A stretch of DNA of 64,000 bases from Promethearchaeota archaeon (lineage in GTDB: Archaea; Asgardarchaeota; Thorarchaeia; Thorarchaeales; Thorarchaeaceae), in contig JBHLPF010000002.1 of the NCBI GenBank assembly GCA_048939765.1, positions 32,001-96,000 on the forward strand, given 5' to 3'. Below the pieces are notes generated by a model. The model had not been told where the DNA came from, searched no databases, and saw only the letters and a program-made list of their open reading frames with translations. Positions 1 through 10,172 of the stretch are shown here, piece after piece. The translations under genes and the position numbers were made by a program. Position 1 is the first letter of the stretch; each line of letters opens with the position of its first letter.

Positions 1-2
1 AG

Positions 3-2489
3 GAACCTGAAACCCAAAACCTGATTGTACGACACAGTGATGCAAAAGGTCATGAGGTCCTGAAGGACAGCTACGACCTTGCCGTTCTCTGTCCTGCTAT
101 GGTACCAAACAAGAACTCCGAACTGATGGAGAAGTTGGGAATAAAGGTAGACCAATACGGATTCATTGAAGGCAAGGGTGATGGGATTGACTCTGTCCAG
201 ACAGGGGTTCCTGGTGTGCACATGTGTGGAGCCTGTAATTTTCCCAAGGACATCCCTGATTCCGTAGCCCAGGGGAGCGCAGCAGCTGCAATGGCCGCCA
301 TGGATATCGTTCTGCCAGAGGCCTCAGAGAGCGAGGCTCTTACTGAAGCAGATTTGGAACTCATTGCTGCTGAGCCCCGAATTGGTGTAATAATATGTTC
401 ATGCGGCATCAACATCGCTGGGACAGTTGATGTTGCAGAAGTCACAGATTATGCAAGTACCCTTCCCGGTGTAGTCTATGCTAAGAATCTTCTCTACTCA
501 TGTTCATCAGACGCCCAAGACGTCATCAAGGACGCCATAAAGGAACATAACCTCAACCGTTTGGTAGTCGCCTCTTGCACACCTCGAACGCATGAGCCTT
601 TGTTCCGAGCCACTATCGAAGAGGCTGGCCTCAACAAATATCTGTTCGAGCTCGCGAACATCAGAGAACATTGTTCATGGGTGCATCAGGCTGCAAAGGA
701 CGAAGCGACCTCCAAAGCAAATGACCTTGTAAGAATGTCTGTTGCACGAGCGAGACTGCTTGAAGCCCAGGAGGAAGCCGTCAGCCAGATTGAGCCAACC
801 GTTCTAGTCATTGGTGCTGGCGTTTCTGGAATGGCTGCAGCTGACCTCATCGCTCAGAAAGGTTTCAAGGTACTCATTGTTGAGAAGGATGACAAGGTTG
901 GAGGCTTTCTGAATGAGCTGCGGACAGTCAACTTTGACCATCGCCCGAGTGTGGAAGTGGTAAGTGAGTTCGAGGCGGCAGTTACAGGTAATCCGAATAT
1001 TGAACTGATGCTTAATTCCGAGATAGTTGATGCAAAAGGGTCGATCGGCGATTTTGACATCACCATCAAGACTGGGAAGCAAAAGCAAGAGGTCAAGGTC
1101 GGTGTCGTCATCGTAGCCACAGGTGCTACCGAACTCGTTGAAAAAGGCCTCTACGGCCTGAAGAAGCTGGACAACGTCATCACTGAGGTCGAGTTCAATC
1201 ACAAGATAGCAGACGGTGAAGGAATTGAAGATGGTCAGACCTTTGCCGTCATACATTGCGCCGGATCTCGTGAGGAGGAGTCACTCGAAGGCGCCCGAAC
1301 CTGGTGTTCCGGGATCTGCTGTACAATCGCCTTAGAACACACACTAGAACTTCTTGACAAGTATCCCAATTCTAGGGTCTTCCATCTCTATCGTGACATC
1401 AGAGTGTCCTATGAGGACGAGGACAAATACAGAGAGGCTCGAGAGAAGGGAGTTGTGTTTCTCAGATTTGATCAGGCTAGTCCACCAAATGTGAAGAAAG
1501 GCAAGGACAAGGCGCTACGAGTAGAGGTCATGGACCAGGTTTTCGGTGCCGAGGTGGCATTTGATGTTGACCATGTTGTTCTCTCAACTGCCATGATTCC
1601 ACGAGAGAAGAACAAGGAGATCTCTGAGATTTTCAAAGTCCCACTCAACATGTCGGGGTTCTTCATGGAAGCACATCCCAAACTCCGACCAGTAGATTTC
1701 CAGACAGATGGAGTCTTTGTTGCAGGGACTGCCACTGCTCCAAAGACAATTGCTGAATCCGTGGCTCAGGGTCGAGGTGCTGCATCAAGAGCACTGATTC
1801 CCTTGGCTAGCGGTATCCGGAAGGCTGAGGCCATCGTTTCTGTAGTTGATCCTGAGGTCTGTGTTGGCTGCGGCACATGTGAGATAAACTGTGCCTACAA
1901 TGCTATCGAAGTCGTACCTGGGGACGGCGGTTCTGACTATGCGGTATCCAATCCAGTTCTGTGCGCGGGCTGTGGTAAGTGTGCTGCTGGATGCCCCGCT
2001 GGAGCCATCACAATGAAGCACTTCACTGACGACCAGATACTGGCTCAAATTCGTTCGGCTTTGGAGGACATGCCCGCCACAGCGTCGAGGATAGTGACGG
2101 TTCTCTGTAACTGGTGCTCCTATGCTGGGGCCGACAGTGCAGGTGTTTCGAGGTTTCAACAGCCTACAACGGTCCGTGACATCCGGGTGATGTGCACAGG
2201 CAGAGTCAGTGTGGCTCACATGCTGGAGGCTTTCAGACTAGGTGCTGACATGGTGTGGATTTCGGGCTGCCACTTTGGAGACTGTCACTATGTCGATGGG
2301 AACGTGTCCTTTGAGCGAAGGTTTGCCATTGCAAGGAAGATCCTTGAGAAAGCAGGTCTGGAGCCTGAGCGACTCCAGTTCACTCAGATAAGTGCAAGCG
2401 AAGGTCCAATCTGGGCGGAGACCGTGAAGAAGCTGACAGAGATTGCAGACAAACTGGGCCCAAGCCCGCTCAGACCAAGGAGGCGATAA
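3..2489 (+). CDS. hdrA: Heterodisulfide reductase subunit A-like flavoprotein with C-terminal MvhD (2Fe-2S) domain fusion; 5'-truncated by the window edge
   Basis: Frame is open from nt 3 (EPETQNLIVRH...). HdrA motifs: GACNFPKDIPDSV, CSCGINI, SCTPRTHE, NIREHCSWVH, GAGVSG FAD site, HCAGSR/CSGICC, HPKLRPVD, two CxxCxxC ferredoxin motifs. MvhD signature: CNWCSYAGAD...RVMCTGRV...GCHFGDCHY...ISASEG. Confidence 0.95.
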   Translation, partial: EPETQNLIVRHSDAKGHEVLKDSYDLAVLCPAMVPNKNSELMEKLGIKVDQYGFIEGKGDGIDSVQTGVPGVHMCGACNFPKDIPDSVAQGSAAAAMAAMDIVLPEASESEALTEADLELIAAEPRIGVIICSCGINIAGTVDVAEVTDYASTLPGVVYAKNLLYSCSSDAQDVIKDAIKEHNLNRLVVASCTPRTHEPLFRATIEEAGLNKYLFELANIREHCSWVHQAAKDEATSKANDLVRMSVARARLLEAQEEAVSQIEPTVLVIGAGVSGMAAADLIAQKGFKVLIVEKDDKVGGFLNELRTVNFDHRPSVEVVSEFEAAVTGNPNIELMLNSEIVDAKGSIGDFDITIKTGKQKQEVKVGVVIVATGATELVEKGLYGLKKLDNVITEVEFNHKIADGEGIEDGQTFAVIHCAGSREEESLEGARTWCSGICCTIALEHTLELLDKYPNSRVFHLYRDIRVSYEDEDKYREAREKGVVFLRFDQASPPNVKKGKDKALRVEVMDQVFGAEVAFDVDHVVLSTAMIPREKNKEISEIFKVPLNMSGFFMEAHPKLRPVDFQTDGVFVAGTATAPKTIAESVAQGRGAASRALIPLASGIRKAEAIVSVVDPEVCVGCGTCEINCAYNAIEVVPGDGGSDYAVSNPVLCAGCGKCAAGCPAGAITMKHFTDDQILAQIRSALEDMPATASRIVTVLCNWCSYAGADSAGVSRFQQPTTVRDIRVMCTGRVSVAHMLEAFRLGADMVWISGCHFGDCHYVDGNVSFERRFAIARKILEKAGLEPERLQFTQISASEGPIWAETVKKLTEIADKLGPSPLRPRRR

Positions 2490-2492
2490 GAG

Positions 2493-3011
2493 ATGACAGA
2501 GTCGTGGGGTCAGTTCAAATCATTTGAGGGCAAGAAGCTCGAGGCTCTGGATGCAGAGTTCACAAAGGAGGTTTCCAACCTACTTGGTGGGGCGGATCTC
2601 ACAGCATGCTTCCAGTGTGCCAAGTGCAGTGCAGGCTGTCCGGTGAGTGACAAAGTCAACATTCAGGTCCACGAGTTAATGCGAATGCTTCTCTTCGGAC
2701 TCCAGGAGGTCCTAGACACCGACATGGTATGGTTGTGCACGACCTGCTATACCTGTCAGGAGCGATGTCCACAAGGCATAGAGATCACTGACATCATCTT
2801 TGGCCTAAAGAACATGGCATTCAAGAAGAAGATAGCTCCGCCCGGTTATGTCGCCGCTAGGAAGTCATTGTATGACAACGGGAAATTGTACGAGCCTACT
2901 GAATGGGAACGTGAGGACCTAGACCTCGATGACGTGCCGGAGTTGAATGTAGAGGACACGCGAAAAGTCCTGGACAAGATGGGTCTGATGAAGTTGGAGG
3001 AGGATGAGTGA
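2493..3011 (+). CDS. hdrC: Heterodisulfide reductase subunit C (2x[4Fe-4S])
   Basis: CFQCAKCSAGCP and WLCTTCYTCQERCP motifs; lies between hdrA and hdrB. Confidence 0.93.
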   Translation: MTESWGQFKSFEGKKLEALDAEFTKEVSNLLGGADLTACFQCAKCSAGCPVSDKVNIQVHELMRMLLFGLQEVLDTDMVWLCTTCYTCQERCPQGIEITDIIFGLKNMAFKKKIAPPGYVAARKSLYDNGKLYEPTEWEREDLDLDDVPELNVEDTRKVLDKMGLMKLEEDE

Positions 3012-3888
3012 GATGACCCAGAGCTACGAGGTGTTCCTAGGGTGCGCAATCCCCAACCGCTTCAACAACTATGAGGCATCGATGCGTGCAGTGGCCAAGG
3101 AACTCGGTGTGAAACTCATCGACTTCGAAGGCGCATCATGTTGTGGTACAGTGGTCCTGAAGTCGATTGATGAGAATAGCTGGCTCTCCATGTCAGGCAG
3201 GAACATTGCTCTGGCTGAGAGTAGAGGTCATGATATCGTGACCCCATGTAACGGCTGCTTTGGTTCACTCAAAGACACGGATCATGTACTGCATGATGAC
3301 GAGACCTATCGAAAGAAAGTCAACAGCGCCTTGAAATCACTAGGACTTGAATACACAGGAAAGACCAAGATACGCCATTTTGTCGAGGTCCTCTATGACA
3401 TGAAAGACGACATAAAGGCAAAGATTGTGCGACCGCTCACCGGGCTCAGAATCGCCTTTCATCCTGGCTGTCATCTGATTCGACCATCAAACGTAGCAGG
3501 CTTTGATGATCCAGAACTCCCAAGAAAGGTAGATGAACTCCTTGAACTCACTGGTGCGCAAAGCGTTCCATGGGGTGCAAAACTCAATTGTTGTGGATCT
3601 CCTCTCTTGATCGCAAGTGAAGAAGTGGCAACAGACGTTCTGAAGGACAAGATGATCTCTGCGAAAGAAGGGAGAGCCAATGTTCTCGTGACCAACTGTC
3701 CAGCTTGCCATACACAGTTCGATGTACAGTTGATTGGGATGAAGGATGACAATGGTGAGTCTCTCGAACTCCCAGCTATGTTTGTCACTCAGATTCTTGG
3801 GCTAGCGATGGGTCTTGACCATGAACAGCTCGGCCTCGAACTGAACAGAATCTCTTTGGACCCAATCAGTGATATACTTGGAATCTAG
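3004..3888 (+). CDS. hdrB: Heterodisulfide reductase subunit B (two CCG domains)
   Basis: FLGCAIP, SCCG, TPCNGC, HPGCH, NCCG, TNCPACHTQFD motifs. Confidence 0.93.
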   Translation: MSEMTQSYEVFLGCAIPNRFNNYEASMRAVAKELGVKLIDFEGASCCGTVVLKSIDENSWLSMSGRNIALAESRGHDIVTPCNGCFGSLKDTDHVLHDDETYRKKVNSALKSLGLEYTGKTKIRHFVEVLYDMKDDIKAKIVRPLTGLRIAFHPGCHLIRPSNVAGFDDPELPRKVDELLELTGAQSVPWGAKLNCCGSPLLIASEEVATDVLKDKMISAKEGRANVLVTNCPACHTQFDVQLIGMKDDNGESLELPAMFVTQILGLAMGLDHEQLGLELNRISLDPISDILGI

Positions 3889-3911
3889 AATGGTCAATCT
3901 TGATAGTGATA

Positions 3912-4487
3912 CTATTTCTTTAGCTTGCTATCTCCATAGAATAACTCACCAAGTCGTTTCATAGCATCCCTAACGCAATCCTTCTTCCCGCTTACTTGCA
4001 GATGTCGATCGCCGTCCAAGGAGATGAGGACTCCACAGTCTTCAGCCAATTCTGATATGATCTCAACTGGAATCTCGTCCGGCAGCCTGATTCTGAAGAA
4101 GCCAATGTCCTTCTCCCTAGGTATATCGGAGATTGGAGTCTTCTCCTCCTCGACATATTTGGATTCCCCTTCCAGGGCCCGCTGAAACCTGTCTTCCCAG
4201 ACCTGTCTGTATCCGGTGCCCTCCCTGTCCTCAGCCCACACCATCATGGTTTCGCGGAGTCTTAGGATTTTTGTTTCCATCTCAATCCGGAGTTTCTCAT
4301 CTGCATGATCTGAGGCTCTGAGGTCACCCTCAAAACTTGAGAGATACTCTAAGACCATCTTTGAGTTGCGCAGATCTGCATAGGTCAGGTCGGGTATAAA
4401 CACCTCCTTCTCTCGCAGTTCCCCAAGAAGGTCGTTCAAAACGGTCCACGCTGCACGAAGACCGTCTAGGTTCACCAAGGTGCTCAC
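3912..4487 (-). CDS. DUF2096-like conserved archaeal protein
   Basis: N-terminal W-x-VL-x-DL...DLR pattern and a C-terminal ACT-like segment resemble the archaeal family usually encoded next to hdrA. Its start overlaps the hdrA2 stop. Confidence 0.6.
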   Translation of the reverse strand: MSTLVNLDGLRAAWTVLNDLLGELREKEVFIPDLTYADLRNSKMVLEYLSSFEGDLRASDHADEKLRIEMETKILRLRETMMVWAEDREGTGYRQVWEDRFQRALEGESKYVEEEKTPISDIPREKDIGFFRIRLPDEIPVEIISELAEDCGVLISLDGDRHLQVSGKKDCVRDAMKRLGELFYGDSKLKK

Positions 4488-7400
4488 TCCTTGAGCATCT
4501 CTTCGATTTGCTCCATGAAGCTTCCTTCACGCCACCATCGTAGATCACGAGCCCCGGTAGGACAGATTGCACAACAGGCTCCACAGCCTTCGCAGCGCAT
4601 CTCATCAGTGGCACTCTTCTTTACCCCTGGCTCGATTTCAATCATTGAAACGGCATCATAAGGACAGATGTCTGAATAGTGACAGAGATCACATCCTACG
4701 CAGAGGTCTTGGTCCACCTCTGCAGTTTCAAGCTCAATCTCCACGGTGCCTAGGTTCAATGGGACTGCAGCCTCACCAGCAGCCCCTCTCGCCTGGTTTA
4801 TCGAGTCTACGACATTCTTTGCATATGTGACTCCAAGAAACACTCCGGGGACGGTAGTTTCTACTGGACGGTATTTCATGTGCATCTCAGCTAGGAAACC
4901 ATCTGCTCCCCTGTTTATGCCAAGTGCCTTCGCCAGCTCATCTACATCGTCGGGAGCGTGGAGGCCTAGAGCGAGTACTACCATGTCCGACTTTATCTTG
5001 AAGGTCTCTTGAGCCAATGTGTCGTAGATTGTTACAATGGCATCATCACTGTCAGGGTCTTGCTCCACGGTGACAGGTCTTTCTCTCACCCATCTCAAAT
5101 AGGAAACGCCATTTTGCCTGTTCTCGCGCCACATCTCCTCCATGCCATTTGCATAGGGTCGAATATGCTCCTTGTACGCTGAGAATATCTTGATTTCAGG
5201 AAACATTTCCTTCAATTCATGCTGCATAGTAATGACAGCTGAGCAGCAGACTCTTGAGCAGTGTCTGAAACCCTCTCCTGGATTCTGTCTCGAGCCTACA
5301 CAGTGAATGAACACCGGATTCTTTGGTGCCTTCTTCAGTTCGCCGTTTCTGAGCTTCTTCTCAAGATCCAGAGTTGTTATGACACCTGGGACTTGTCCAT
5401 AGCCGTACTCTCCAAGTTTTGGAGTGTACGTATCAGTGCCTACTGCAACTACCATTGAACCAATGCGATGGATTTCCTTCTCGCCAGTTTCAACGTTCTC
5501 TACCTCAATGTCATAGTTGCCGTAGGAGCCATCACGGCCCACAACCTTGGAGTTGAGCATGACGCTGATCCGCTTTTCCTTTTGAACCTCATCAACAAGC
5601 CTGTCTACAATCTCTTTTGCTGACTCCATCTCAGGGAAGAGCTGATGGAGGTCATTTAGCCTGCCTCCCAGCCTATCTTGCTTCTCCACTAGTATAACAT
5701 CAAAGCCTTTCCGAGCAATATCCAGTGCAGCGGTCATTCCAGACACTCCGCCTCCGACAATCATGCTGACACGTGTGACTTCAACCTCCTTGACAGGGAC
5801 CACTTCTGAATTCACTGCCTGGGCCACTGCACTACGAATCATGTCCTGAGCCTTTTCTTGACGCTCATCAGCAGGCGCATTGGCATTTACAAGAGAAAGC
5901 TGTTCTCGAAGGCCAACTGGCCCAACGAAGTAGTAGGGTGAAAGCCCTGCGGAAACCAGAGCCCGCCTAAATGTTTCCTGATGCTGAAGCGGAGAGCACG
6001 AGCCAACAACCACCCGGTTCAGCTTATGTTCCTTTATTGCTTCCACGATCAATTCTTGGCCCGGATCTGAACACATGAAGAGATAGTCGGTCGCGTATGC
6101 CACATTTGGGAGTTCTTTAGCCCATTCGGCCAGTCCAGGAGAGTCTATGACATTGCCAATTATGCCTCCACAATGACAAACGAATACCCCAACACGCGGT
6201 TCTTCACCAAGCTCGGCAGGTGGTATCTCCTCTGGAGCTGCTGGAGTCGGGATTGGAAGCAGAGAATGAGCAGCCATGCCTGCGCCTTTTCCCTCATTTA
6301 CACTATCAGTACCATCCTTTGGCCCTGTCGCGCAGCCGGCAACAAAGACTCCTTTGCGAGTTGTTTCCAGACCCTTCGAGTTTGCATGTGCTTTTTTCAC
6401 CCATCCAGTTTCATCTATTTCGATTCTCAGGATTTTTGCGAGTTCCTCCTGTCCTTCATTTGGCCTGAAACTGGCATTCAGCACGACCATTGAGATCTTG
6501 TCGATCTCGATGATATCTCCCTTATCCGTGTCCTCCATCTTGATGTAGAGGTCATGAGTATCCGGGTCTTCAGAGATCTCCGCAACACGTCCTCGAATGA
6601 AATTAATGGCATGATTTCGTTCCGAGTCCCAGAGAAACTCTTCTAGTGCCTTTCCAGCAGTCCGCATATCCATGTAGGTATAGATGATCTCACAGTGATC
6701 CTCAGGATAGTGCATCCGAGTGACCTGGGCCAGCTTGAGTCCAAAGGAACAACAGACCCTATTGCAATGTTGGCTGTATCCTCCGATGTTCTCTCGAACA
6801 TCCCTGCTTCCCACACAGTTGATGAACAGGATCTTCTCAGGCTCCTTCCCATCAGATGGTCGGACCATGTGCGCATCAGTAGGCCCGGTAGGATGAGTCA
6901 TCCGGTCATATTCCAAACTTGTGACAACATTTGGAAAGACACCATAGCCATACTCGCCATAGTCAATTGGCTTGTATTCCTGAAATCCTGTGGCAACGAC
7001 TATTGAACCCACATTGAGATCATAGACCTTATCTTCATCATCATAGCTAATGCAGTCTTGGGGACACACTGCCGCACACGTCCCGCAGCCTATGCATGCT
7101 TCTCTGTCGATAGTTGCAACAAGGGGAACCTGTTGTGGGAAATTCATGTATATGGCCTTCCGCAACGAAAGCCCATGATTGTACTCATCAGGGACCTCTA
7201 CCGGACAATTACGAATGCACGCCTGACAACCAGTACAGGTATCCTCATTCACATATCGAGCTCTCTTTCTAACTGTGACAGTGAAATCGCCTGCGGAACC
7301 AGTTACCTTTTCCACTGTAGACAACACATGGACCGTGATGTTTGAATGCTTTCCCACGTAGGATGTCAGAGGTGTCATGACACACGCACTGCATTCAAGA

Positions 7401-7588
7401 GCTGGAAAGATCTTGTAAACCGCCACATAGTTGCCACCAATATTCACCGACTTCTCAATGACATGAGCGTGGTGCCCGCCTTCGGCTAGAGAAAGCGCTG
7501 CATTGATACCAGCCATTCCAGCGCCAATGACTAGGACATCAGTTGGTTTGGTCGCAGGTGCCGACTTCTTGGACGAGGTTGTGGCCAT
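4484..7588 (-). CDS. hdrA: Second HdrA-like flavoprotein (tandem, 1034 aa)
   Basis: Two GxGxxG FAD sites, FPALECSAC, inserted ferredoxin motifs (CTGCQAC, CIGCGTC), two CVGSR...CCS motifs, CHCGG, C-terminal ferredoxin. Confidence 0.93.
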   Translation of the reverse strand: MATTSSKKSAPATKPTDVLVIGAGMAGINAALSLAEGGHHAHVIEKSVNIGGNYVAVYKIFPALECSACVMTPLTSYVGKHSNITVHVLSTVEKVTGSAGDFTVTVRKRARYVNEDTCTGCQACIRNCPVEVPDEYNHGLSLRKAIYMNFPQQVPLVATIDREACIGCGTCAAVCPQDCISYDDEDKVYDLNVGSIVVATGFQEYKPIDYGEYGYGVFPNVVTSLEYDRMTHPTGPTDAHMVRPSDGKEPEKILFINCVGSRDVRENIGGYSQHCNRVCCSFGLKLAQVTRMHYPEDHCEIIYTYMDMRTAGKALEEFLWDSERNHAINFIRGRVAEISEDPDTHDLYIKMEDTDKGDIIEIDKISMVVLNASFRPNEGQEELAKILRIEIDETGWVKKAHANSKGLETTRKGVFVAGCATGPKDGTDSVNEGKGAGMAAHSLLPIPTPAAPEEIPPAELGEEPRVGVFVCHCGGIIGNVIDSPGLAEWAKELPNVAYATDYLFMCSDPGQELIVEAIKEHKLNRVVVGSCSPLQHQETFRRALVSAGLSPYYFVGPVGLREQLSLVNANAPADERQEKAQDMIRSAVAQAVNSEVVPVKEVEVTRVSMIVGGGVSGMTAALDIARKGFDVILVEKQDRLGGRLNDLHQLFPEMESAKEIVDRLVDEVQKEKRISVMLNSKVVGRDGSYGNYDIEVENVETGEKEIHRIGSMVVAVGTDTYTPKLGEYGYGQVPGVITTLDLEKKLRNGELKKAPKNPVFIHCVGSRQNPGEGFRHCSRVCCSAVITMQHELKEMFPEIKIFSAYKEHIRPYANGMEEMWRENRQNGVSYLRWVRERPVTVEQDPDSDDAIVTIYDTLAQETFKIKSDMVVLALGLHAPDDVDELAKALGINRGADGFLAEMHMKYRPVETTVPGVFLGVTYAKNVVDSINQARGAAGEAAVPLNLGTVEIELETAEVDQDLCVGCDLCHYSDICPYDAVSMIEIEPGVKKSATDEMRCEGCGACCAICPTGARDLRWWREGSFMEQIEEMLKE

Positions 7589-7794
7589 CTTTGAGTCCCC
7601 AAGCTGCGGTTGTACTCGGGGCTTCAGTTTACTGGGGATATAATCTTTCTGTCATGACCAGATTCTGTCAGGGATTTTGGGTTTCATCATGCGATTCAAT
7701 AATTCCCCCCAGAAGCATGGCTACGACCAAGGGTCCCAGTTTTGTATAGATGAATCATTCTTGGCCTAGCCAACTGGTTGTCCAGGAATGCTAT

Positions 7795-8907
7795 CTACCA
7801 GTTTTGTTTGACTTTTTCCACAGTTTGAACCATAAGGCTTGTTACTATTGCCAGGACGAGTGCTATAGACCCGATTACTGCCAGAATTGAGTCCGGTAGT
7901 GGGTCGACTGGGATCCTTACATTCGTGGCACTAGCTTCAATGGAGAGGCTAACTTCAACATCATTATCCACTCTATCAAGTTTCAGACTGTGCTCCTGAA
8001 TTACAGATCCCCCAATAATCTCCCATGCTATGGATGAGTTTTCATGAGTTGCAGAGAGGTCCACCTCACCAGCGACACCAAGCAGTTCAAAATGATACCT
8101 CTTGTTGTCATCCTCGAACGAATGGATTCTGAATGATTCCACGTCGTTTGGAATCTCATTGCCAAAGAGGAGAAGGCTGTTGGGATTGGAATCATTCAGC
8201 ACTAGAGTTCTTGTATCAGAATAGACCAGCTCTGTCATCTCTGTGGGAGTGAAGAAACCCCCCAGAGACCCGGAAATGAATGGAGTTACTAGTACGAGGC
8301 CAAGCAATACTAGGACAGCTATCAAGGCTGGTCGAATGCTTTTGCGAACTGTCTTCATTGTGACTATTTTCCAAAAAACATACGCCGCAAATCCCAGAGG
8401 GAACAAGATGCTGTAATAGATGACTACGACTGTAGGATCGAAGGTTGGTACGATCACTATTTCCCATATCAATATCACGAAACTTCCGTTGGCATCTCCA
8501 GTTTCTCTAGTCACAATGACTCTAGAGTCTTCTGAAGCTTGAACGACCAGAGAGCTATTGGAAATGAGATTAACACCAGATATTGCAAAGACCGTGACAT
8601 TATTCCTATTCTGGATGGAAAGCCCAACCGATGTCCCATTTGTTTCCATGTCAGTAATTCCAATTCGAGTGACCATGCTGGCGTAGGCGAGGGGCTCAAT
8701 TGGATAATATCGTTCAGAGTCATCTAATGAAACGTTGAAAGAAACGTAGTGAGAATGTAGAGATTGTTCAGGTGGAACATAATAGTGTGGATGAGGACTA
8801 ATTACTATAAAGAATGAACCTAGTAGCATCAGGACTAATGCCATTCCAACGAGCTTTACATTCCCACGCTTCAATCTCAATCTCGGCCTTTCCACTCTAC
8901 CACCCAT
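7795..8907 (-). CDS. Membrane protein of unknown function with an apparent TM-loop-TM duplication
   Basis: 370-aa ORF with four hydrophobic segments flanking two similar-length beta-rich loops that carry N-x-S/T sequons. Confidence 0.7.
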   Translation of the reverse strand: MGGRVERPRLRLKRGNVKLVGMALVLMLLGSFFIVISPHPHYYVPPEQSLHSHYVSFNVSLDDSERYYPIEPLAYASMVTRIGITDMETNGTSVGLSIQNRNNVTVFAISGVNLISNSSLVVQASEDSRVIVTRETGDANGSFVILIWEIVIVPTFDPTVVVIYYSILFPLGFAAYVFWKIVTMKTVRKSIRPALIAVLVLLGLVLVTPFISGSLGGFFTPTEMTELVYSDTRTLVLNDSNPNSLLLFGNEIPNDVESFRIHSFEDDNKRYHFELLGVAGEVDLSATHENSSIAWEIIGGSVIQEHSLKLDRVDNDVEVSLSIEASATNVRIPVDPLPDSILAVIGSIALVLAIVTSLMVQTVEKVKQNW

Positions 8908-8971
8908 ACCAAGTGGTAGATTCTTGTGTTATTGAATGGACCGGATGAATCATATTGCAACTGGAGGTTCC

Positions 8972-10048
8972 TTATTCCGTCTTCTTAGTAGCCTTCAAGT
9001 AGACATAGCCAATTCCAGCTACAACCGCAGCGAGCAGATACAAGATGATGGGTATCCAAAGCATCTCAAATCGCAACAGATACGAAATATCTCGTCCATA
9101 TCCAAATGGTGCCGGGATGTAGATCCATGCTAGGAATACGAAGTAGAGCAGTGTGACAAGAGTCTTGACTTCTCTTCTAACATTCAGCGCGTACATGTAT
9201 GTGAAAACCCACATGAACACAAATCCCGAAAGGAACATCGGCCACATGTCTGTGCTTCCATGGTCTAGAGTGTTGAAGATGGCAACCACCAACGCATGTA
9301 CTCCAACAAAGCCCTCGACAGTGATGACCCACCTCTTGTCAATATGGACCGATGTATAGGCCACCGTCATCTGTGTGAATAGCAAGAACATGTAGAAGAA
9401 TCCAGTGAGCAGTTGTGGGTCATAGAACATTGGATGGAACCAGAATGTATAGACTAGTCCCCATGCAATTGGGTACATGTGGATGCGTCTTACAAGACCT
9501 GATACACGTGCAGTAAATGGTTTCCCAGCTCTCTTTCCGAGAATTAAGCCTCGTCTGGGATTCTCAATAACAAGTATGAGAACAAGCATCAGAATAACTG
9601 AGCCTTGACTGGTCCAAATGGGGACATCCTGAGCAAGTCCATCGAACCAGATGTGCGTCTGAACAAAGTGCAGTGCAACAAAGAAGATGTTGATGATCAC
9701 CATGGCCCAGTTGTATTTCGTCAGAGATGTTGTTGGCTTTGTCTTCTGTTCTATCAGATTCTTCTGAGCCCAGTATATTGTGAACCACACCACAAACTGG
9801 TGGGCAAGATAGAAGGACCATACTATGAGCTGGGCAATTGTGTCAGGGGAAGGGAGCTGCCAATAGTACCATGCAGGGCCTTGATCTGGACCCAACACAA
9901 ATCTGTCAAGCAGAGGTCCAAAGAACCAGATAACAAAGGTGAAACCAAATGCGAAGGCGATTCCACCGGCCCAAAGCACATAGGCTGCTCTTGATTTCTT
10001 GTCAGTCGGGGTTGGATCAGTATCCATGGACTGGTCTTCAGAAGCCAT
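8972..10048 (-). CDS. His/Trp-rich polytopic membrane protein of unknown function
   Basis: About 9-10 TM segments with many intramembrane His residues (LAHQF, LHFVQTHIWFDG, IHMY, FWFHP, VHID, VHAL). Confidence 0.75.
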   Translation of the reverse strand: MASEDQSMDTDPTPTDKKSRAAYVLWAGGIAFAFGFTFVIWFFGPLLDRFVLGPDQGPAWYYWQLPSPDTIAQLIVWSFYLAHQFVVWFTIYWAQKNLIEQKTKPTTSLTKYNWAMVIINIFFVALHFVQTHIWFDGLAQDVPIWTSQGSVILMLVLILVIENPRRGLILGKRAGKPFTARVSGLVRRIHMYPIAWGLVYTFWFHPMFYDPQLLTGFFYMFLLFTQMTVAYTSVHIDKRWVITVEGFVGVHALVVAIFNTLDHGSTDMWPMFLSGFVFMWVFTYMYALNVRREVKTLVTLLYFVFLAWIYIPAPFGYGRDISYLLRFEMLWIPIILYLLAAVVAGIGYVYLKATKKTE

Positions 10049-10137
10049 CTATTGATCACTCTCGACGAGGCGCGGGGAACGTGCCTATCCCCTTGATAAA
10101 GCCTACGCATAACCAAGAACATTGTAGAAAAAGAATG

Positions 10138-10162
10138 AGAGAAGGGAAATTATCCCTTCTCT
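10138..10162 (-). terminator. Hairpin plus U-tract downstream of the ABC permease
   Basis: AGAGAAGGGA-AATTA-TCCCTTCTCT is a perfect 10-bp stem. On the minus strand it is followed by CATTCTTTTTCT and sits 10 nt after the permease stop. Confidence 0.65.
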
Positions 10163-10172
10163 AACGGGTTGC

